From contig JBBRLQ010000026.1 in NCBI GenBank assembly GCA_038231275.1, positions 32,001 to 96,000 on the forward strand: 64,000 bases of DNA, written 5' to 3'. The translations under genes and the position numbers were made by a program. The first letter of the stretch is position 1; every line of letters starts with the position of its first letter. This stretch comes from Polyangiales bacterium. GTDB taxonomy: Bacteria; Myxococcota_A; Polyangia; Polyangiales; Polyangiaceae. Below are positions 1 through 9,351 of this stretch, piece by piece. The notes beneath the pieces were generated by a model. The model was not told where the DNA came from and did no database searches. It worked only from the letters and a program-made list of their open reading frames with translations.

Positions 1-1092
1 GGATCCACCTCGGTCACGAGCTCGCTCTTCGCGAAGTCGGGGCTCCACGCCGAAGGGAACAACGCCGACCTCGTGAGCGCGGCGGAGAAGGTCCTGGCCG
101 CGTGCGGCGCCGACTTTCGCCCGCGTCGAGGGTTCGACGACTGCCCGGCGCTCGACAAGGACTTCCGTGAGATGAAGATCCGCCGCGGGCGAGAGGACAA
201 GACGTTCATCGCCTTCCTCGAGGACCCCGACGAGAAGGTGCGCGCGCTGGGCGTGAAGGCCCTCCACGCGTGGGGCGACGACTACAAGACCGACAAGGAT
301 CTGGCCGCGCGTCTCGTCGGTGCGCTCGAGAAGGAGACCTGCCCGGCCATCGACGGCGCGATGGCGGATCTCGTCGCGGATCTGAACCCCGCTGACGTCG
401 GCCTCGGCGCGCGCATCCAGGCGCTCGCGATGAAGGCGGAGACCACGACGGACGTGAAATCGTTCCTCGTGACGTGGTGGGGTCAGGATGGCGGCGGCGA
501 CAAGAACACCTTCGCGTACGAGCTGTCGAAGCACTACGCGACGTCGACCGAGAAGCGCCTGAAGCTCGCCGCGCTCGAAGGGTACAGCGTCTTCTTCGCG
601 ACCCACACCTCCGAGGCGTGCGGGCTGTGGTTCGATCTCATGAAGAGCGATGACACCGAGATCGCCGCGCGCTCGACGGGGCAGCTGACGGGCGGCTGGA
701 CCGGTCTGTGGTCGGGCGATGAGGACTCGAAGTGGCAGACGTCGGGCGGGGGCCGCTCGTCCTCGTCGACGGAGACGCGCTGCAAGGAGCTGGACGCCGC
801 GCTCGGTCTCGTCCTCGCGCGCGCCAAGGCCGGGAAGATCGACGACGCCACGTACGTGCAGTCGCTCGGGTTCGTGCTCGGCGACAAGCACGCCACCGTC
901 GCGCAGAAGGGCGAAGCACGCACGGCGATGCACGCCATCATCGAGAACAAGGACAACGGCTGGCGACGCGGCAGCGCCATCACCGAGCTCGTGCGGCACG
1001 ATCCCTCGCAGCGCAGCTACGTGGCGCGCTTCGCGAAGGACAAGGAGCTCGCCAGCTACGTGAAGAGCGCGCTCGAGCAGAAGAAGACCTGA
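1..1092 (+). CDS. Hypothetical helical (HEAT-repeat-like) protein, 5'-partial
   Basis: Frame open from base 1 (GSTSVTSSLFAK...) to TGA at 1090-1092; GC3-rich codon usage; HEAT-like segment LEDPDEKVRALGVKAL. Confidence 0.6.
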   Translation, partial: GSTSVTSSLFAKSGLHAEGNNADLVSAAEKVLAACGADFRPRRGFDDCPALDKDFREMKIRRGREDKTFIAFLEDPDEKVRALGVKALHAWGDDYKTDKDLAARLVGALEKETCPAIDGAMADLVADLNPADVGLGARIQALAMKAETTTDVKSFLVTWWGQDGGGDKNTFAYELSKHYATSTEKRLKLAALEGYSVFFATHTSEACGLWFDLMKSDDTEIAARSTGQLTGGWTGLWSGDEDSKWQTSGGGRSSSSTETRCKELDAALGLVLARAKAGKIDDATYVQSLGFVLGDKHATVAQKGEARTAMHAIIENKDNGWRRGSAITELVRHDPSQRSYVARFAKDKELASYVKSALEQKKT

Positions 1093-1157
1093 CGCGCCCG
1101 CGCATCTCCTCCCCTTCGCCTTGAAAGCGGCGCGGGGAGGCCCACACTGAAGGGGGG

Positions 1158-1730
1158 ATGGGTCCCTACGAGTTCGCCGCGCTGTGGATGGTCCTGCCGA
1201 TGGTGGTGGGCCTCGTCTGGATCGCGCGGCGCTTCGAAACGGACGGGGCGCCCTCGCCGGAGTTCGAGGCCTGGTGCCAGAACGCGCAGCCGGTCGTCGT
1301 CGCGATGCAGTGCGCGCCGGGTGGCGCGTCGGCGGTGGCGACGGTGATGAGCGCCGCGCTCGGACCGCGACGCGAGATCGAGCATCACCGGGGCCGCTAT
1401 CCCTGGACGAGGTATCTCTTCGAGGTCGAGATCGAGATCGAGCCGCTCCGCGACGTGGTCCTGGTCCGGCTCGCGCGCTGCGCGATGCGAAGGGGCGCGC
1501 AGCGGCGGCCCGAGCTCGGCGCCACGGTCGACCGGGTCACGCTCGGCCTCGGGGGTCATCTCGAGGCGCTCTGGATCCACGCCGAGCTGCGCGCGGAGGA
1601 CGACGCCGACGGCCCCGACCGCCGTGATCGCGGCTGGCTGACCGCGATCGCACATGGCGTCGCGGGCACCTTCGCGCCGACGCTCGGGCTCCCTCCTTGG
1701 GCCCGCCTCCCGCGCCCCGCCAACGCGTAG
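1158..1730 (+). CDS. Hypothetical protein with N-terminal membrane anchor
   Basis: 190 aa; purine-rich RBS (aagggggg) just before ATG; hydrophobic N-terminus FAALWMVLPMVVGLVWIA. Confidence 0.55.
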   Translation: MGPYEFAALWMVLPMVVGLVWIARRFETDGAPSPEFEAWCQNAQPVVVAMQCAPGGASAVATVMSAALGPRREIEHHRGRYPWTRYLFEVEIEIEPLRDVVLVRLARCAMRRGAQRRPELGATVDRVTLGLGGHLEALWIHAELRAEDDADGPDRRDRGWLTAIAHGVAGTFAPTLGLPPWARLPRPANA

Positions 1731-1789
1731 CGGTGTCGTAGCGGTGCGACGAAACGCGCTCGCGGGTCCGGACTCCGGGATCCGAGATT

Positions 1790-1862
1790 TGTGCCAAGCG
1801 GCACACCCCGATCGAAAAAAAACGCCGGTTTTTCGGCATTTCGTGACGGCACGGCTCATGCT
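1790..1862 (+). promoter_or_regulatory. Putative sigma-54 promoter with upstream palindrome
   Basis: CGGCACG-GCTC-ATGCT with GG at 1848-49 and GC at 1860-61 (GG-N10-GC); perfect inverted repeat TGTGCC-AAGC-GGCACA at 1790-1805; A/T tracts at 1815-1833 between them. Confidence 0.55.
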
Positions 1863-1874
1863 GAGGAGATGGCC

Positions 1875-2579
1875 ATGCCCTCGCCGCGATCCCACTTCAT
1901 CCTGGCCGCCGTGACCGTCCTTGTCGCCGGCGTCGTCGCTGCGTGCGGCGGCAGCGTCGTCAGCCCCGACCCCGGCTCCTCGTCCAGCTCCGGGAGCAGC
2001 TCCGGCGGCAGCGGCTCGAGCTCCTCCGGCGCCTCCTCTTCTTCGGGAGGCTCCGGCTCGTCCTCGGGCACGTCCTCGTCGAGCGGCACCTCCGGCGGGA
2101 TCTGCGTCGAGGGCCAGCAAGGGCCTCCGATCTGCAACGGCGGGTGCAACGGCGGCAGAGTCCCCGAGGTCTGCGTGCAGGGTCGCTTCGTCTGCCCGCC
2201 GACGCCACCGTGCCCTCCGCCGATTTGTGGCGGCCCGCCGCCGCCGTGCTTCTGCCCCCCCAACTGCGACTGCCAAGCGACGTGCGATCCGAAGAGCGGC
2301 GGTTGGGTGTGCTCGGGCCTCTGCCCCGTCGACGCCGGCACCACGCTCTTCGCGTGCGGCGACAAGAGCTGCAACGCGGGCGACGTCTGCATCGACGTCG
2401 CGGGCAAGGACGGCGGCTTGCAGACGGGACCGTACGAGTGCCTCCCCAACCCGAGCGTCTGCGCGGGCGACTATTCGTGCGGATGCGAGATGAAGGCGCT
2501 TCAGGGGGCGGGCACGTGCACGCCAGTGAGCTGCGATCAGACGTTCGGCAACGTCGTCGTGCACTGCGCTAGCTTGTAA
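1875..2579 (+). CDS. Cys-rich lipoprotein with Ser/Gly linker
   Basis: Signal peptide ending in lipobox VVAAC, then a poly-Ser/Gly linker and a domain with many Cys. Start moved to ATG 1875 after GAGGAG. Confidence 0.75.
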   Translation: MPSPRSHFILAAVTVLVAGVVAACGGSVVSPDPGSSSSSGSSSGGSGSSSSGASSSSGGSGSSSGTSSSSGTSGGICVEGQQGPPICNGGCNGGRVPEVCVQGRFVCPPTPPCPPPICGGPPPPCFCPPNCDCQATCDPKSGGWVCSGLCPVDAGTTLFACGDKSCNAGDVCIDVAGKDGGLQTGPYECLPNPSVCAGDYSCGCEMKALQGAGTCTPVSCDQTFGNVVVHCASL

Positions 2580-2643
2580 GCGACGCGCGGCCGACTACGC
2601 TGCGCTTGCCGCGGCGGACGGCGGTTGGTAAGGACATGCCCCC

Positions 2644-3489
2644 GTGTCCTCTTCTTCCGAGCCCGCTTCGTCGTCCGCCCAAAGCAAGCGCGCGCGTGCC
2701 CTGGTGCGCGAGCTCGACCGTCCGAACAGCGACGTGTACGAGCTCTTCGCGCAGCTCGACGCGCTGCCGAGGGAGACGGTCCTCGCCGCGCTCGCGAGCT
2801 CGACGGGTCCGTCGCGGCCGCCGGAGGAGCTCGATGACGACGTCCGCCGCGTGCACGGCTTCGCGCCGCCTGCGCTCCAACTGACGTGCACGCGCGTGGT
2901 GAAGCCTGCGGCGGGCGCACGCCTCGGCGCGACGACCGTCGAGCAGATCGAGCGCGCGTGCGCGACGTGGGACGGGCTCGCGCTTCCCCTCGGCGCGCGC
3001 GTCGCGGACGGCGAGCACGCGCTCGCGATCGAGCATCGTACGCTCGACGATCTCGACGGCATGCCGCAGTTCGATGTCGTCCTCGTCGGCGGAGACGGCG
3101 GCGCGATCTTTCGCGCGGGGACGACCGACGTGTACGCGACGGTCGCCTACGGGAAGGTCGAAGCGCGCGATCGACGCGAGCGGACGGCGCTGCAGCAGGC
3201 GTTGGACGCGCCGCTCGACGGGGACGTCGAGGAGGAGCCCGTGACGGTCGTGAAGAAGAGGAGGACGACGGCGCCGCGCAAGACGGCGACGGCGACCAAG
3301 ACCACGACCAAGACGGCGACCAAGACCAAGGCGGCGGCCAAGCCGACCACGACAAAGACCACGACCGCGACAAAGACGGCGACCAAGACCAAGACGGCGA
3401 CCAAGCCGACCGCGACAAAGACTACGACCAAGACGACTGCGAAGAAGAAGGTCGTGGCGAAGAAGACAGCGGCGCGATCACGACGTTGA
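2644..3489 (+). CDS. Hypothetical protein with histone-like Lys/Thr/Ala-rich C-terminal tail
   Basis: 281 aa; globular N-terminal part followed by KTAT/KPTT repeats. Confidence 0.7.
   Translation: MSSSSEPASSSAQSKRARALVRELDRPNSDVYELFAQLDALPRETVLAALASSTGPSRPPEELDDDVRRVHGFAPPALQLTCTRVVKPAAGARLGATTVEQIERACATWDGLALPLGARVADGEHALAIEHRTLDDLDGMPQFDVVLVGGDGGAIFRAGTTDVYATVAYGKVEARDRRERTALQQALDAPLDGDVEEEPVTVVKKRRTTAPRKTATATKTTTKTATKTKAAAKPTTTKTTTATKTATKTKTATKPTATKTTTKTTAKKKVVAKKTAARSRR
3250..3480 (+). repeat. Degenerate coding tandem repeat (aagacggcgacc-type units encoding KTAT)
   Basis: Repeated aagacggcgacc / aagacc / aagccgacc units are visible directly. Confidence 0.8.
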
Positions 3490-3593
3490 GGTTTGCGCGA
3501 GTCGCGCAATGTGGCCGCCCAAGTCGCGCAAGAACGGCACGGCAACGACTGAAGTAGCCAACGCCGCCGGGAGCGCTCACACTCGCCGCCACG

Positions 3594-4280
3594 ATGAGCG
3601 AGAAGCAGGAGTCGCAAGCGACCGGGCTCCGCCCCGGCGTCCTTCACTACGAGAAGCCGGAGCTGGGTCGCCATTTCTGGGTGAAGGACAACGCGCTCGC
3701 GCGCCCGACGGAGGTGACGCGACGGTGTCTCCTCCAAGATCGATGGATCCTCGGCGCGCCGCACCGCGACGAGAGCTGGCCCGGAATGCGTGCGCCAAAC
3801 GCGCTGCTCCCCGCCGAGCTCGCCGAGCTCGAAACCTGGATCGTCGCGCAGCTCGGGATCGAGGCGCTCGAACCACCGGACGCCGCGCTCTCGCACAACC
3901 ACGTTCAGCTCGTGGGCGGCGGCGAATCGGTCGCGCGACCGCACGTCGACTCGCGCGCGCGGTGCGATCTCGCCGCTGTCCTCTTCCTTCACCCGTACCC
4001 GGCGACGAAGCACTCCGGCACGTCGTTCTTCCGCCTCCGCCTCCCGGACGGCACGCTCGACGGCAACCTGTGCCCGCCTCCTCACGACGGCCTCGAGGAC
4101 GCGCTCGGCATCAAGAAGGTGCCCGTCCACGCGTGGGTCGAGGAGGTGGAGGTCACCAACGTCTACAACCGCCTCGTCGTCTATCGCCCTGATCTCGTTC
4201 ACTCCGCGACCTCGTACTTCGGCACGGAGCACACGCAGAAGCGTCTGACCGCGGTCTTTTTCTGGCGAGTACGGCGCTAG
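3594..4280 (+). CDS. DUF6445-like 2OG-Fe(II) oxygenase family protein
   Basis: PHVD ... AAVLFL ... GTSFFR ... YNRLVVY ... H ... RLTAVFF matches the HxD..H triad plus the C-terminal Arg. Confidence 0.75.
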   Translation: MSEKQESQATGLRPGVLHYEKPELGRHFWVKDNALARPTEVTRRCLLQDRWILGAPHRDESWPGMRAPNALLPAELAELETWIVAQLGIEALEPPDAALSHNHVQLVGGGESVARPHVDSRARCDLAAVLFLHPYPATKHSGTSFFRLRLPDGTLDGNLCPPPHDGLEDALGIKKVPVHAWVEEVEVTNVYNRLVVYRPDLVHSATSYFGTEHTQKRLTAVFFWRVRR

Positions 4281-4558
4281 GCGCATATGAAATGAAGGCC
4301 CTTACACGTGCGCCGATGCGCTTACGTCGTAGGTCTTTGTGGGCCACAATCTAGAACAATTTCGCCTGGTTGGAATCGACCGGAGCTTCGCATTTGGGGT
4401 TGCCGCGCGGGACAAACCGCGGCACTGACACGGCGCCTCACAGAGGCCCGGATGTCGGACCATGCGCGCGGATGCGTGCGTGGATTTCGGGCGGCAGTGA
4501 CGACTTGAAAACCGAAACCCGCGCAGTGCCAACGCCCGCGCGAACAAAGGTCACTCAC

Positions 4559-6568
4559 ATGAAGCTTCGAACTTCGATCAAGCTCCTTGGCGCTGTCGGT
4601 CTCGCGCAGCTCATTTTCGTCGGATGCTCGGCATCGAACGACGAGTCCTCCGACGAGTCGTCGGCCGCATCGTCGGCGGGGAAGATCACGATCGTCGACG
4701 TCGACCAAGACGGCGTCCCCACGTTCGTGACCGGCAACCTCGGCGCCGCGCCGAACGCGCACGTGCTCGCCTCGAGCGCGATGGCGACGCCGCTCGCCGC
4801 GCTCACGCCGACGTTCCACGCGAAGGCCTCGAGCCTCGTCTTCATGCACGCGCACACCGACGCGATCGGCGACACGCACTTCCGCTACCGCCAGCAGCGC
4901 GACGGACGTGACGTCATCGGCGCCGAGCTCGTCATGCACGTCCGAAACGGCGCGGTCTACGCGGCGAACGGCTCGGTGCGCGACGATCTCGTCCCGAACG
5001 CGACGACCCCGGCCATCAAGCAAGCCGACGCAGTGACCGCGGCGCGCGGCGGTTCGGCGAGCCTCGTCAACCTCTCGGCCGGCGCGACGCCCGATCTCGC
5101 GTACCTCCAGCTCCCCGGCGCGATCGTCCTCGTCTACCGCGTCGACGTGACCGGCACGAAGGCCGACATGACGCCGGTGCACGACACCGTGCTCGTCGAC
5201 GCCGTCAGCGGCACGATCGCCGGCCGCATCCCGCACATCCACACCGCCGAGAACCGCCAGGTTCACGACTCGAAGAACACGTCGACGACGCCGGGCACCC
5301 TCGCCCGCAGCGAGGGCCAGGCGCCGACGGCCGATGCGGTCGTCAACGGCAACTACGACAACCTCGGTGTTACCTACGACTGCTACAAGCAGCTCTTCGC
5401 GCGCGACTCGTTCGACAACAAGGGTGCCGCGTTCATCAGCAGCGTCCACTACGGGACGAAGTACAACAACGCCTTCTGGGACGGCACGCAGATGGTCTAC
5501 GGCGACGGCGACGGCGTCGTCCTCGCGAACCTCGCGACCGAGGTCGACGTGACGGCGCACGAGCTCACCCACGCCGTGACCGAGCGTACGTCGGGCCTCA
5601 TCTACTCGGGCGAGTCGGGCGGCCTCAACGAGTCGATGTCCGACATCTTCGGCAACACGTGCGAGTGGTTCAAGGACGGCAAGCCCGCCGTTCCGCCGGA
5701 GAGCGTGTGGGAGGTCGGCGAAGGCGTCTACACGCCGGCCACGCCGGGCGACGCGCTCCGCTACATGGATGACCCGACCAAGGACGGCTCGTCGCTCGAC
5801 TTCTGGACAAGCGGCGCCGGCAACGTCGACGTGCACTACAGCTCGGGCATCTCGAACCTCGCGTTCTACCTGCTCTCGCACGGCGGATCGCACCCGCACG
5901 CCAAGTCGACGGTGGTCGTGACCGGCATCGGCATCGACAAGGCGTCGCAGATCTTCTACCGCGCCAACACGACGATCTTCACGTCGTCGACCAACTTCGC
6001 CGCCGCGCGCACCGCGACCGAGCAGGCCGCATCACAGCTCGGCTACTCCGCCGCAGAGATCGCGTCGGTCAGCGCGGCGTGGGCCGCGGTCGGCGTCGGC
6101 AAGGTCACCCCGCCGCCGCCCACGGACGCCGGCATCGACGCGAAGGACTCGGCACCGCCGCCGCCTCCCCCGCCGCCGCCGCCGGACGCGGGAAGCACCT
6201 GCTCGCACAACGAATGCTCCACCGGCAGCAAGCTGGTGAGCGGCTGCGACCCGTGCGTCACCAAGATCTGCGCGGCGGATTCGTTCTGCTGCGCGACCTC
6301 GTGGGACTCGATCTGCGTCGGTGAGGTCAAGTCGATCTGCGGCCAGACCTGCGGTGCGCCGCCTCCGCCGCCCCCGCCTCCGCCGCCCACCGACGGCGGC
6401 ACCAACACGTGCAGCCACCCGCTGTGCACCGTCGGCAGCAAGCTGACGAAGACGTGCGACCCGTGCGCCACCAAGATCTGCGCAGCCGACTCGTTCTGCT
6501 GCGCGACCTCGTGGGACTCGATCTGCGTCGGCGAGGTGAAGTCGATCTGCGGCCAGACCTGCAACTGA
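4559..6568 (+). CDS. M4 (thermolysin-family) metallopeptidase lipoprotein with two C-terminal Cys-rich repeats
   Basis: Lipobox IFVGC; FTP/PepSY propeptide (HFRYRQ); NNAFWDG, HELTH, GGLNESMSD and VHYSSG motifs. Confidence 0.95.
   Translation: MKLRTSIKLLGAVGLAQLIFVGCSASNDESSDESSAASSAGKITIVDVDQDGVPTFVTGNLGAAPNAHVLASSAMATPLAALTPTFHAKASSLVFMHAHTDAIGDTHFRYRQQRDGRDVIGAELVMHVRNGAVYAANGSVRDDLVPNATTPAIKQADAVTAARGGSASLVNLSAGATPDLAYLQLPGAIVLVYRVDVTGTKADMTPVHDTVLVDAVSGTIAGRIPHIHTAENRQVHDSKNTSTTPGTLARSEGQAPTADAVVNGNYDNLGVTYDCYKQLFARDSFDNKGAAFISSVHYGTKYNNAFWDGTQMVYGDGDGVVLANLATEVDVTAHELTHAVTERTSGLIYSGESGGLNESMSDIFGNTCEWFKDGKPAVPPESVWEVGEGVYTPATPGDALRYMDDPTKDGSSLDFWTSGAGNVDVHYSSGISNLAFYLLSHGGSHPHAKSTVVVTGIGIDKASQIFYRANTTIFTSSTNFAAARTATEQAASQLGYSAAEIASVSAAWAAVGVGKVTPPPPTDAGIDAKDSAPPPPPPPPPPDAGSTCSHNECSTGSKLVSGCDPCVTKICAADSFCCATSWDSICVGEVKSICGQTCGAPPPPPPPPPPTDGGTNTCSHPLCTVGSKLTKTCDPCATKICAADSFCCATSWDSICVGEVKSICGQTCN
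6200..6562 (+). repeat. Internal duplication: two 153-bp Cys-rich modules (6200-6352, 6410-6562)
   Basis: Near-identical DNA encoding CDPC.TKICAADSFCCATSWDSICVGEVKSICGQTC, period 210 bp, separated by poly-Pro. Confidence 0.95.
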
Positions 6569-6594
6569 GGTAGCGAAAGACGGACCTCCTCGCG

Positions 6595-7554
6595 TCAGCT
6601 CGGCGTGAGGAGGACCTTCAGCACACCCGGACGCGCGGCGAGGGCGAGCGCCTCTTCGCCGCGCGCGAGCGGGAGGGTTTCGGAGATCAGGCCCTCGACG
6701 TCGACCGCATTCTTCGCCAAGAGCTCCAGCGCCGGGGCGAGCCGACCGCACCGCGAGCCGGTGATGCGGATTTCGTCGACGACGATCCGCGCGGTGTCGA
6801 TGGACGCGGCGCCGTGGAACGTCGACTTGAGGACGAGCGTGCCCTGAGGCTCCAAGAGCTCGAGCGCGGCGGCAAAGCCAGCTTCTGCTCCCGACGCTTC
6901 GACGGTGATCGGGAAGGTGCGCGCGTGGGCCTTCACGTCGGCGACGGCGACCGTCTCGATGCCGCGCGCGCCGGCGATCCGCATTTTTTCCGCGTGCTTT
7001 CCGAAGAGGACCACGCGCGCGCCGGCGACCGCGAGCACTTGGGACACGAGGACGCCGAGCTTTCCATCACCCACGATCGCGACGCGCACGCCTGCGACGG
7101 GCGGGAGACACTCGAGGACGCTGCACGCCGCAGCGAGCGGCTCGGCGAAGACCGCGCGGTGATCGGGAACAGCGTCGGGCACGCGGAGGAGGTTCCGCGC
7201 GGGGAGCCGGAGCAGCTCCGCGTGCGCTCCGTCGCGGCCGACGATGCCGAGGACCGTCCGCGCCGGGCAGTGCCGTGAGTCTCCCGAGGCGCAACGCGCG
7301 CACGTCCCACACCCCGCGTTGATCTCTCCAACGACGCGCGCGCCGCGCGGGACCGCGCCGCCGCCGGGGTCCTCGACCACGCCGACGAACTCGTGACCGA
7401 TCGTCCCCTCGAAGCCGGCGTAACCACGCATCAGCTCGAGGTCCGTGTTGCAGATCCCCGAGATCGTCACGCGGACGAGCGCGTCGCCGTCGGCAACGGG
7501 TGGGGCGACGTCTTGGACCGCGGCGCGACCGCCGGAGACTCTCAGGGCTCGCAC
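6595..7554 (-). CDS. Zinc-dependent alcohol dehydrogenase (MDR family)
   Basis: GICNTD, GHEFVG, CGTCARC..C structural Zn site, GDGKLG. Confidence 0.93.
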   Translation of the reverse strand: MRALRVSGGRAAVQDVAPPVADGDALVRVTISGICNTDLELMRGYAGFEGTIGHEFVGVVEDPGGGAVPRGARVVGEINAGCGTCARCASGDSRHCPARTVLGIVGRDGAHAELLRLPARNLLRVPDAVPDHRAVFAEPLAAACSVLECLPPVAGVRVAIVGDGKLGVLVSQVLAVAGARVVLFGKHAEKMRIAGARGIETVAVADVKAHARTFPITVEASGAEAGFAAALELLEPQGTLVLKSTFHGAASIDTARIVVDEIRITGSRCGRLAPALELLAKNAVDVEGLISETLPLARGEEALALAARPGVLKVLLTPS

Positions 7555-7683
7555 GATGGCCTGAGGATATCCGACGCGGTCTCGGGGCGCGCGCGCGAGA
7601 CCCTACCCGATAGGCCTCCTCATCCGCGTCGCGGGTGGTACGGTCGTCGTCCCGAGCAGTTCACCAACGAAAGAGAGACCACC

Positions 7684-7884
7684 ATGGCCGTCGCACGCGT
7701 CACGAAGATCACCGCGTCCTCGAAGAAGGGTTGGGACGATGCCGCGAACCTGGGGCTGAAGCGCGCCGCCGCGACCGTGCGAGGCATCACTGGCCTCGAG
7801 GTCGTGAGCCAGAAGGCGAAAGTCGAGGGCGGGAAGATCGTGGAGTACCGGCTCACGATGGAGCTGACGTTCCTCCTCGAGTGA
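7684..7884 (+). CDS. Dodecin family protein
   Basis: 66 aa: MAVARVTKITASSKKGWDDA...GKIVEYRLTMELTFLLE, the typical dodecin pattern. Confidence 0.9.
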   Translation: MAVARVTKITASSKKGWDDAANLGLKRAAATVRGITGLEVVSQKAKVEGGKIVEYRLTMELTFLLE

Positions 7885-7953
7885 GCCCGCGCCTCCGCTG
7901 CCGGTCAGGGTGTCGAGCGACCAACGCGCCGCTCGTGGCGCGTCGCTCGACGC

Positions 7954-9351
7954 CTACTGGACGCGAAGCCCCTTTTCGGTGATCTCGATCTCGTGGACGC
8001 CCAGGTCGTGCATGCTCGCGCGCGACTTGAGGACGACGAGGCCGCGCTTCGTCCGCTCTTTCAGCTCGGTCGACAGGAGCACGATGTTGTCCGAGAGGTA
8101 CGAGAAGCAGCCGCCAGCGCTGTGCGTGTCGAAGCCGGACTCCTCGGACACGCTCGCGCCCTCGAAGGTCAGGATGCTCGTCACGCCCTTGACCGTGAAG
8201 TGCTGCACGAGGGCGTAGAGGTAGTCGTGCAGGCGCCGGGGATCGCTCGCCGCGTTGATCAAGTCACCGAGGGCGTCGATCACCACCCTGCGCGTCCCCG
8301 CGCGCTGGATCTGCTGAAAAAGGCTCACGATGATGCGGTCGACCTGGAGCTCGACCGGCGAGGCGTACATGAGGTGGAGCCCCCGGCGCTTCGCATCCTC
8401 GACGTCGGCGCCGAGGCCGCGCAAGGAGCGCGCGAGCTGCATCGGGTTCTCTTGGAAATTCGCGTAGAGGCACGGCTCGCCGCGGCGCACGCCCTCGAGG
8501 ACGAACTGGAGGCTCGCGGTGGTCTTGCCGGCGCCGGTAGGCCCCGCGAGCACCGTAGTGCTCCCGCGCCATAGCCCTCCCCCCATGAGCCGGTCGAGCC
8601 CCTCGATACCGGTAGGCGTCCTCTCCTCGACGATGGTGTAGCTCTCGGGGATCTCCGGGCTGACGAGGCGCGGAAAGATCTCGAGGCCCGCGGAGCCGAT
8701 GCGGAACGCGTGCATCCCTTCGAGGTACGCGCTGCCGCGCAGCTTGAGCACGCGGAGGAAGCGCTCGTCGCGCGTGCTCAGCGGATTTCGCAGAAACTGG
8801 AGGATCCCGTCGGCGACGGCGAACTCGGGGAGCTTTTGCGCGTCGTCGTCGGTGTACTCGCCGACGAGAAACACGGTGGTCTGGAACGCCGTGAGCAGGC
8901 CCGTGAGCTCGTAGAGGACGCGCCGCAGCTCGGACACCGACGTCGACAGATCGTGGAGCGCCTTGAAGGAGTCGATGACGATGATCTTCGGCGCGGACAC
9001 CTCGATCGCGCGCTGCACGCACTCGAGGAGCCCGCGGATGCCTCCGGCGGCGACCTGTTGCCCGATGTCCTCGTAGATGACCGCCTTGCCGATCTTTTCG
9101 TGATCGAAGAACGCGAACCGCTGCAGGTAGCTCACCATCTTCGCGAGCGGCTCGGAGAGCGTCGTGAAGTAGAGGATGGGGCGCTCGTCGTCGGCGTTCC
9201 TGAAGACGAGCTGCTCGGCGAAGATGCTCTTGCCGGTGCCGGGCTGGCCCATGACGATGTTGATCGAGTTCTTCGGGAACCCGCCGCCCAGGATTTCGTC
9301 GGCTTGCGGGTTGCCCGTACTGACGCGCTCATGGCGCTTCGGAGACTTCAT
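7954..9351 (-). CDS. KaiC-like/RAD55 double-domain ATPase
   Basis: Two RecA-like domains with Walker A GQPGTGKS and GPTGAGKT, Walker B IVIDS and VVIDA, and R-fingers KLRG and KSRA. ATG 9351 overlaps the upstream stop (ATGA). Confidence 0.92.
   Translation of the reverse strand: MKSPKRHERVSTGNPQADEILGGGFPKNSINIVMGQPGTGKSIFAEQLVFRNADDERPILYFTTLSEPLAKMVSYLQRFAFFDHEKIGKAVIYEDIGQQVAAGGIRGLLECVQRAIEVSAPKIIVIDSFKALHDLSTSVSELRRVLYELTGLLTAFQTTVFLVGEYTDDDAQKLPEFAVADGILQFLRNPLSTRDERFLRVLKLRGSAYLEGMHAFRIGSAGLEIFPRLVSPEIPESYTIVEERTPTGIEGLDRLMGGGLWRGSTTVLAGPTGAGKTTASLQFVLEGVRRGEPCLYANFQENPMQLARSLRGLGADVEDAKRRGLHLMYASPVELQVDRIIVSLFQQIQRAGTRRVVIDALGDLINAASDPRRLHDYLYALVQHFTVKGVTSILTFEGASVSEESGFDTHSAGGCFSYLSDNIVLLSTELKERTKRGLVVLKSRASMHDLGVHEIEITEKGLRVQ

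Noticed and set aside
1..6. Window begins with GGATCC (BamHI site)
   Set aside because: In frame within a coding region and the site recurs in the window; no vector sequence is seen.
3250..6562. CRISPR-like repeats
   Set aside because: The repeats at 3250-3480 and 6200-6562 are in-frame coding repeats with no spacers and no cas genes.
7578..7602. Inverted repeat GGTCTCG-N11-CGAGACC between the divergent ADH and dodecin genes
   Set aside because: Short GC-rich stem with no U-tract; could be chance at this GC content.
7954..9351. Circadian clock (kaiC)
   Set aside because: No kaiA or kaiB, no C-terminal KaiA-binding tail, and altered EE and phosphosite motifs.
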